A DNA stretch of 64,000 bases from Camelus dromedarius. Taxonomy: Eukaryota. The notes under the pieces were generated by a model, which saw nothing but the letters and a program-made list of their open reading frames with translations, was not told where the DNA came from and ran no database searches. Position numbers and translations under genes: made by a program. The stretch covers positions 47,680,001-47,744,000 of the forward strand of contig NC_087437.1 in the NCBI RefSeq assembly GCF_036321535.1, written 5' to 3'. Below, piece by piece: positions 55,585 through 64,000 of the stretch (the first letter of the stretch is position 1; the number at the start of each line of letters is the position of its first letter).

Positions 55585-56690
55585 TATTCATTCATTAAAC
55601 AAATATCTGAGTTCCAACCACAGGCCTGAATATTCCAGGCGCTAGGGATTCAGCAGTAAACAAGTTTCCCCGCGGTCATGGTGCTTCATACCACATCCGT
55701 CTAGAAGATAATAAAGCATGTGAATAAGTAATAATGTCAAGTACAGGTAAGTGTTCAGGGGGAAAAAACTTGCAAGAAATTAGAGGGTGACTAGGAAATT
55801 AGAGGGTAATAAATTAATCTAAGTAAAGACCTGAATGAAAGGAGTGAATGAGCCATGCCTTCAATAGGGGAAGAACATGCCAAGCACAAGGAACAGTCAA
55901 TGCAAAGGTCCTGAGGCAGAAACCAACCTGGCAAACTCAATCAACAGGAGAGAGGAAAGTAAGGCTGGAGGGGAGTAAGCAAAGCAGAGGATACTACTAG
56001 GGAGGTGGACAGGAGCCCAACCATGTGATCACCAAGGCCTCTTGACCATAATAAAAACTTCAGATTTTACCCAACAGGGATGAGCTCTGATGACTAAGAG
56101 ATATAATCTGACTTGATTCAGACCTTTTAAAGCTTACGCTGGCTGCTACGGGACAGAGACTGGAAGCTGAAAGACCGGTTAGGCACTACTGCAGTAGTCT
56201 GTGTCAAGATGGTTTAAAACAAGGGTAGTCGCACTAGAGGTAGACAAATTTGGAATAATTAAGTCAGAGCCCATAATACTTGCCAATGGAGGAACAGATG
56301 TTGGAAGAGTCAATCAGGGGAAGTAAGGACAACTCTTTGGAGTTTCAAACTGAACAACTGAACAATGGATGGTGATACCATTTACTGAGCTAGAGAAGAA
56401 TAAGAAGCCATAGCCAGTGAGGCAGGACGAAAATCAATGTCCCAGCAGCCAAGGGGAAAAATGCTTCTATAAGGAAGGAGTTCTCTCACCTGTGTCAAAT
56501 GTGGCTGAAAGAGCTACTTTGGCAAGACTGACACTCCTGGTGAGGGATGACGGGGAAGAAAGGCTCTGGGGCACAGGAAGGATAAGTCTCTGGAGTAGGT
56601 TCAGAAGAAGATGGGAGACAAGGAGTTGAGGAGATGCAGCCCACATGGAATCCTTGAAAGACTTTTGGACTCAAAGTAGCTTTATTATTT
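55585..56690 (-). mobile_element. LINE-2 relic (continues at ~58550-58680 beyond a nested L1)
   Basis: attcattcattaaacaaatatctgag tail; aagacctgaatgaa; caatgcaaaggtcctgaggcag; ccatttactgag. Confidence 0.75.
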
Positions 56691-58500
56691 TTTGAAGTTC
56701 TACTTTCCAGTTTTTGAAATTTCAAACTTAAAAATTGAAAAATTTAGTAAATACTCTTATTCCTTTCACCTAGATTCACCAATCATTAACATCTGCCACA
56801 TCCGCTCTATTACTCTCTATATGTAATATTTACTATTGCTTATTCATTTGAGAGTAAACTGAAGATATTTTGAACCTTTACTCCTACATAATTCACTGTG
56901 TATCTTCTAAGAACGAGGGCACTTTCTTACACAGTACAATTATCAAATTATCAGGAAACCTAGCGCTGATGCAACATTATTATTTAGTATTCAGTACATA
57001 TTCAAATTTTGCCAATGTCCCAATAATGTTCTTACAGCAACTGGATTTTCCAACCCAAGATCCAATCCAGGATTTTATGTACTGCATTTAATTGGCAGGT
57101 CTCTTGAACTTCCTTTAAATTGAAACAGTTCCTCTTGACTTTCTTTGTCTTTCATGGCATTAATATCCTAGAAGAGTAAAAGCCAGTCACTTGGTAGAAG
57201 AATCCTCAACTGAGGTCCCTCAATTGTTTCCTCATGATCAGATTTTGGTTATGCATTTTAGAAATACTACAGAAAAGTAATGATGCCCCTTGTTCAAGCA
57301 CATCAAGAGGAACATATTTATTCCACTGTTGGTGATGCTAACTTTGGTTGAGGTTGTGTCTGCCAGATTTCTCCACTGTGAAGTCACTGTCTTCCCCCTT
57401 GGTCATTATCTCTAGAGAGATCATTAGAAACTGTATTAATATCCTTTTCCCCATCAAACTTTCTCCTTTGGTAACACCTGCCTGAATTAAAATCACCATG
57501 ATGGTTGCAACTGGTGACTCTTCTAACTCTATTAATAGTTTCTTCACATTTTTATTGGCAGTCTACTGGGAAGAGCTTTCCCCTTTTCCTTATTTTATTT
57601 ATTTATTATGAACTTGTGGATTCTGATTTTATTCAGTGGGTTATAACCTGTTACTATCGCTATTCATTTTGGTGCTCAGACTTTCCCAGATTTGGCCATT
57701 CAAGCTAGTTCCAATGTCCTTTTGACATGTCCCATAATTTTTTTTTTTAGTATTTCCTTACTTTGTGTTCTAGGCCGATCTTATGCTTTCCCTTCCTCAG
57801 CTCTGGAACCAGCCATTTAGACCTGGGCACTGGTTGTGTTCACTGCTACTAGGGTGTCACTGCTCCTAGGCCCTTTCCTCAGACAGAGCTAGGAATTATA
57901 TGCATGTATGTATGAATGTGTGTATGTGTATTTTAACCATGAGTTCACATGGATAACTCTAATTCCAATCCAACACCACAGAGTTCTTCATTGCCTTCTT
58001 CTGTTTCGTATTTTTATTTCCCTTCTCCTACAGAGAAAACTCTAGCTCCCAAAATAGCAATGAATTTGCTCAGTCCTACAGCACACACAATATAGTTTCA
58101 GAATTGCTATAACTCTACCACTATAAATAACAGCCTACTACACAAACCTCAAAGTTTTTTGTATTTTTCTTTTCAGCAGTCCTTTTCATCTTTAGATTAA
58201 AGGTATATAATCGAAGTCCTGTGTTAAAAACTTACCTGGATTCATTTTTTTCCTAAGATCTTATGTTAGTCATTAAAATACAGTTGATTCATCTGTTGCT
58301 ATTTGTATTCAATTTTGGAAGTTTTCTTCTCCCAGACTTGTTAATTTCATTTTGAACATATAAAGCATTAACAAGTTTCCAAAACTCAAAACTAAACAAA
58401 CAGGTATAATCAGAGCAGTGCCATTCCCTCCACCAGTCCTTTTATTCAGCTCCTACCCAGCCCCTATAGGTAACTAATTAGTTTCTGGTTATCTCTCTCA
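56690..58500 (-). mobile_element. Ancient LINE-1 3'UTR (L1MC/ME-like)
   Basis: cacctagattcaccaat, tgtctgccagatttctccactgtgaagt, cccagatttggcca motifs. Confidence 0.75.
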
Positions 58501-59079
58501 TATTTTTGTTCTATCAAAAAATTATGCTTTGTCAATGTGGAGCAGAGAAATGGGGCAGAATACTGGATCAAGAAAAAATTTAAGATGGGAGACATAACAG
58601 AATGTATTATAATGTAAATGATTCCCTAGAAATTGGAATTGAAGATGCAGAAGGGGTGGGTTAACTGCATAAGGAAATGCCTATCAAAATACCTTCTGGT
58701 TTAATTTGAGATATATCAGAGGGGTCCCACATTCCCAAATAGATTGCCATCCTGTTTGTGACATTTCAAATTAGTTATATCCATGGCTCTAGAGAACCCA
58801 CATTAAAATGGGGTTATTATTTTTGAAGGATAATTAAACTATCACTACCTATTAATGTCAGTAGGAGAAATTCTGCCCAGGCAAGAGGGAGGGAGCTAAA
58901 CATTTAACCAGGAATAGCCAGGTGAGAGAAGAATGGCTGACATGAGGATCTGTACAACAACACAGACGGACAGTAACGATCATGTTGGAAAAATGAACCC
59001 ATATCTCTGGCATGTCTTGGAAAACTTACAAATATGCTAACAAGTAACTAAGGGTTATTCCTCATGCCCTGGAACCATG

Positions 59080-59312
59080 TCAGTGTGGCACAGAGAGAAG
59101 AATACAGACTTTAGAGATGTCTGGCCTTAAATTCCAGCTGAGTTACTTAATAGCTACATAACCACTGGCAAGTTACTTAACCTCTCAGAGGCACAGTCTC
59201 TTTACCTGTAGAACCAGATGATGTCTTCTTTGCCAAGTTAATGTGAGATATAAATAGAATAATGTATAGCATTGCTTCTGGCCCAGAATAAATGTTTAAT
59301 AAATAGTTCCTA
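59080..59312 (+). mobile_element. MIR SINE
   Basis: ggcaagttacttaacctctcagaggcacagtctctttacctgta. Confidence 0.78.
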
Positions 59313-59544
59313 TAATAAATGCATACAATAACCTGTATTAGCAAGGTAAAAACATAACACAGTCTGTGTACTTCAATAACATGTCTGAAAGAAATCAGTG
59401 AAATCACGCCATCTCAGCCAGTATTTGGTAAGGGCAGAAAAATGTCCAACACTTAGTTCCAATTCTCAATTTTCAAAATGTCCCAGAGTCTATTTTTAAA
59501 GTGTAAAAATATGTGCTGACATACTAAACTGCCAATGATTTCAA

Positions 59545-59870
59545 AGTAACAATTCTGGGGATGTGTTGATCAAATGGTAAAAACTTCCAGTTTTAAGATG
59601 AATAAGTTCTGGGGATTTAATGTACAACATGGTGACTATAGTTAACGATTCTGTATTGCATACTTGAACGTTGCTAAAAGAGTAGATCTTAAACATACGT
59701 ACCACCCCCCCAACACACACAAAGGTAATTATATGAGGTGATGGATGTATTAACTAATCTTACCGTGGTAATCATTTTGCAATTTATATGTATATCAAAT
59801 CAAGTTGTATACCTTAAACTTACACAGTGTTATATGTCGATTATATCTTAATAAAGCTGGAAAAAATTTA
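59545..59870 (+). mobile_element. LINE-1 3' end (L1MA9-like)
   Basis: aagatgaataagttctggggatttaatgtacaacatggtgactatagttaa...aataaagctggaaaaaa. Confidence 0.85.
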
Positions 59871-60899
59871 AAAGCATGGATTCTACAGGTTAACAAGGAT
59901 CAACAACTCAGAATAACCTCCTAAATAATGCCTATGGTTCATAAAGAGATGAACTTAAATGTATCACAAACCATGTTAATCAATTCTATAATTTTATAAA
60001 TGTGTACACAAGAATTAAAACGTTCAATAAATAGATTTTTTAAAGTTTCTATTTCACTTTCAAATTCATCCACAAACTAAAATGTAGCATGGAAAATCTT
60101 AAAACGATCTTTAACCAAATACTGAAATATACCATAAACCTTCAGAGCCTAGAATCAGTAATAACCCAAAAGCCCCAAACTGAAGAGTCTTAAAAGTGTG
60201 AAATGGCAGGGAGTCTCAAAGCACACAACTTTACATACACAGACCATCATTTTCCTCACCGACTAGAAATGACTCCTCTATTATTTTAAATAAGCAGTGT
60301 GTGCTCTATCTCTGTTCTAGAAGCCGGACTTAAAAGTCACAATCTCAGTTTGCAATACAAAGATGGACCGATAATAAAGCGTTCTAATCAACAATTAAAT
60401 GCCAAATGTCTTAAGAAAACTTTCCAGTAGGGTGCTGCTAATCCACAGACCGAGCTATTTTGCCTGTGGAGAGAGAAAGATGCTTCCACACCCTTTACTA
60501 AAAGAGAAAGGGAAAGAGTGGGAGAGAGAGAGATGCAAAATAACAAAATACTGCTTGGATAAACAAAAGTCTGTTTTTAAACTTTTAGAAATTCTATCTT
60601 CCATTACCGAATAACAATAACTATCAAAGTACAATGCAATCATTTGTGTTTTGAAGCAGAAAAGAATGTGGAGAGAAAAGGAAAACATTTTACCATGCAC
60701 TGAACTTACAAATAACCAAAATCCTTAATTTCCTCCTCCCGTCAAAAATATTGGGCATCGTATCATTTCCAAAATAAATTTAACACAAAACCTCTGGACT
60801 CGTTTTTAGCCCTCGGTGGAGAACTTTTATAAGCTCTCAGCGCTCTCCACTCAATAACCCTTCTGGGTAGCCCAGAATAACCGCTATTCTCGGAATAAA

Positions 60900-61730
60900 C
60901 ACGAGTTTGCGTTTCAGTGCGCGGAGGGGCCTTGGTGCGCGGGGAGGAACCGGGGGTCCGGAGGCCGAGACGACGCTCTCCCTCGCTCCGCAGAGCAAGC
61001 GGTCCGAGCGGCCCAGGAAGTGCCCGAAGCCGTGGAGGAGCGGCGAGTCCCCGCGCCAGAGCAGCGCGCCACCAGGGCGCGCCCGTCCCGTCCTTCCCGG
61101 GGGGTCCGCCGTCCGGAGCTCCCTGTCCCAAAGTCAGGAGGGACGTCGCCAGCCCTGCGGCGCCTCCCCGGCCGAATTCCGCCCAGGCGGCCCCGCGGCG
61201 CCTCACGCCCCCTACGGGAAGCCCGGGATGCCCCCGCGGGGCGCACCGACGAGCCGTAGCTGGCGCGGCCGCCGCCTACCTGGAGGGAACTCGGGCCCGC
61301 GTTGACCGGGCGTGCGGGGGTCCGCTGGGCGCTCGGCAGCCCCTCGCGCGCGGAGCCGGCGTGCAGAGCGCAGCGCAGCGCACCGCCGAGACCAGCGCCG
61401 CGGAGATCCGCCGACCACACCCAGGCCCGCGCCGCCCAGCAGCCAACTCCGCCGCGCGCGGGGCCGGGGCGGGGACGTGGCTGGAGGCGCGAGGCGCGAG
61501 GCACGAGGCGCGCGGGCCCAGCGGGGACGCGCCGCGGGGGCGCGCGGGCCCTGGAGCGTGCACCAACCGGGCGGGGGGCGAAGGCAGCTGGCGCGGCGCG
61601 CAGCTTCTGCTTCCTATTTTCTGTCTCGTTTCCTGCTAGAAGGAGAAGAAAAACATTAATTCCCGGGCAGTTTCATTTTCTTGGTGCGGCGTCTGGACGC
61701 CGGAGCACACTTCTGAGTAGCGCCCAAGTG
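60900..61730. promoter_or_regulatory. GNB4: CpG island / GNB4 promoter with Sp1-type GC boxes (ggggcgggg ~61466; gggcgggg ~61570)
   Basis: Only very GC- and CpG-rich segment in the window, at the 5' end of the - strand gene. Confidence 0.9.
61280..61450 (-). other. GNB4: GNB4 non-coding exon 1 (5' end approximate)
   Basis: Donor CAG|GTAGGC at 61280/61279 inside the CpG island, with GC boxes immediately upstream on the - strand; TSS inferred. Confidence 0.7.
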
Positions 61731-61849
61731 GTGTGGCCAGTTTCTTTCCTGGCACCGCAGAGACCTCAGTTTGCTTGTGGGCAGGGTAGGGGACTGATTC
61801 AGAAGACCTCAGGGTCTCATTTAGGTTTCGCATTCTGGAATTCTAAATG

Positions 61850-62070
61850 TAAGAGAGTTAAACTGAAGCCCAGAGTCATACAAAATTGCCCTGTAGTGCC
61901 AGCTCGACCGTCGCTAGTTGTGTGACCGCGTTCAGTCTCGGGGCCTCGGTTTCATCATAGGCGAAATAGGGATAGTGTACCTGCTTCATAAAGGTGCTAA
62001 AATATTAAATGTGATAACATTTGCACAGAGCTTGCCTCTGAATAAACAATGCTTGGAAGTTAATTGTTAC
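61850..62070 (+). mobile_element. MIR SINE upstream of the GNB4 promoter
   Basis: ctagttgtgtgacc...gcctcggtttcatcat...aaatagggatagtgtacctgcttcata. Confidence 0.7.
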
Positions 62071-62839
62071 CATTGTCACTGACGAAACCAGGCCTTCCAG
62101 ATAACCCTGTCAAGTCGCTCATCTCTGCATGAGTTAAATATCACACGCATCTCAACCGACTTTTTCTACATTTCTCTGCGTGTTTTATGTTTAAAATGTC
62201 ATAAAATGAATGCATCTACCCAATTTGCTTCCTCTGAAGTCAGTACCGCCCGGGAGCAATTTTCCTCTCCCCCACCTCCATCTTTCTTCTGAGTTAATTC
62301 CAGTTTGACAGACTGTTGCTATAGCATTCCTTCTCTGACGTCAAACAATTTAAAGAAACAGCCCTGGGTAACGAAAACTGCAGAGGAGTTCTTTGTGGAG
62401 TTTCTGTGCTGGAGAAAGGTTTGAACAATATCCTAGGAGAACTTTAACACCTCCGCAGCCTTCCATTTCGTCTTCAGCAGCTTCCCACTATCACCTGGAA
62501 TAAATCTTTTAGTACCTTCATGATAAGCACACCCTGATTGCGGCTGTGGAGAAAATGCGACCGTTTTGTGTAAACGCCAGACCATGACAAAAAAGGAAAC
62601 AGCTGTGGTGCCAGGATGATGAAATTATAGGTTCTTTTTATTCCCAAATTTTCATTTTCCTTATTGTGGGGTGCTTGTTTCCACTAAGAAGAAAGAGGAG
62701 AAATGCCAAATCTTACACATATTGGTGTCAGAAAAGTTGATTGGGACCTGAGTGGTTTGTAGCTGTAACTGTTTATATGTTTTAATGATCAAATCCTGAG
62801 CATTATCATTGTCATTTTTAGGAGGGAGCAAAGGGAAAT

Positions 62840-63050
62840 TATTATTTAAGGAAATCCTATTATAGACCAGGCTCGCTGCTTTCTTATATGTACTTAATTC
62901 TTACAATAACTTTATAATGTGCATTCTACCCCCATTTTACAGACAAGGAAACTGAGGCTCAGTGAGATTAAGTAATTTGCCTAGAATTACACAAGAAGTG
63001 TCACAGCTTTACATGGAATCCAGATTGGATTTACTCCAAAGCCCACTTTC
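62840..63050 (-). mobile_element. MIR SINE
   Basis: ccccattttacagacaaggaaactgaggctcagtgagattaagtaatttgcc. Confidence 0.85.
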
Positions 63051-63859
63051 TTTTAGATTCTTTTCTGTCTTGTTCTTGTGCACTGGCACTTAACAGTTAT
63101 TATAGGTCTTTGAGAGGTGGTTGGGCTAAGATTATTGAAAAACAACTGTGCTGGTGTTTAGGAAAACCCAGTGGAAAGTACTGAGATATTCTATCCCAGA
63201 AAAGATTAGGAGAAATATAAGTCAACAGCTTCTAAACACAAAAGAACCTGAAAAGATGGTACAAGAATTCTTACTGACCATTATTTAAAGATTTGAAATT
63301 AGTTACACAAAATGATGACTTCAACCTTCCTGAGAATTTGTTGTGAACAGAGAAATTACTAGAAGAATTAAAGTCCAAGTACAAAAAAGGAAAGTTTAAT
63401 TATTAGCTAAACTAGTCCACTTCCAAGAATATTATATTTCTGTTTTGCCACATCTGCTGCATATTTTTTCTGGAAAGAACACTTAGTCATTAAAGGACAA
63501 GCCTATATTGCAAATCAGAAAGTGGAGCTGATGGAAAGAATTTCATTACCAGGAATGATTTCCTGAAAGTACAGTGATGCATCTAAGTGATCCAACAATT
63601 GGTAATTTTCAAATGATAACATAATCCATGTAGAAAGTAAAAGAAAGAGAGAGAAGGAAAGAAAGAGAGCGAGAGAGAAACAAAGAAAGAAAAAAGAGGT
63701 GTTATTAACACTTTGAAGCCTGCTGATTTATGTAGACAACTGTAATGATATCCTGATTCTAATGATTAAACCCAGTATTCTTGTGTTCGGGTGCCACTGG
63801 GTGATGTTTAGTTTTCTAACTCATTAGGACCATGTTGACAAATCCTATTCTATTAAAAG

Positions 63860-63976
63860 AGGATGGTGGGGTCCCTGCTGGAGAACCTTTGAAGACAAAT
63901 TCTCTGTCTATTCCTCCTAGTGTTTAACAGAATACCTTGCAGATACCAAGTACTCTGTGAACAAATGAATGAATGA
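63860..63976 (+). mobile_element. LINE-2 3' tail
   Basis: ctttgaagacaaat...cctagtgtttaacagaatacc...aatgaatgaatgaa. Confidence 0.55.
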
Positions 63977-64000
63977 AGGCACTGGGCTACTTTTTTTACT

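Noticed and set aside
55776..55807. Short direct repeat GAAATTAGAGGGT x2
   Set aside because: Simple local tandem duplication inside an L2 relic; no evidence of function
60763..61925. Long overlapping ORFs (up to 240 aa) on both strands
   Set aside because: Pro/Arg/Gly/Ala-rich products in several frames at once are the expected result of stop-codon scarcity in a CpG island; no recognisable domain

Overview
Mammalian genomic DNA, very probably camelid: it has five Vic-1-type tRNA-derived SINEs and no recognisable Alu, Bov-tA, PRE-1 or Can-SINE. Two genes lie tail-to-tail. MFN1 (mitofusin-1) is on the + strand, represented by its last 8 coding exons (334-7879) and 3'UTR. GNB4 (G-protein beta-4) is complete on the - strand: a non-coding first exon in a CpG island at ~61.3 kb, a ~23 kb intron 1, 9 coding exons totalling 1023 nt (340 aa plus stop), and a ~4.3 kb 3'UTR. 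The rest is intronic or intergenic DNA rich in L1, L2, MIR, SINE, DNA-transposon and solo-LTR relics. I found no evidence of a new multi-gene system. The best leads are: a candidate 76-nt cassette exon in GNB4 intron 1 that would add a uORF in frame with the main ATG; a diverged ~130-bp duplicated element in the GNB4 3'UTR; an L1 with no poly(A) tail flanked by a ~42-bp duplication; and a nested LTR cluster. Repeat subfamily names and comparisons with human proteins are from memory, not from a database search.
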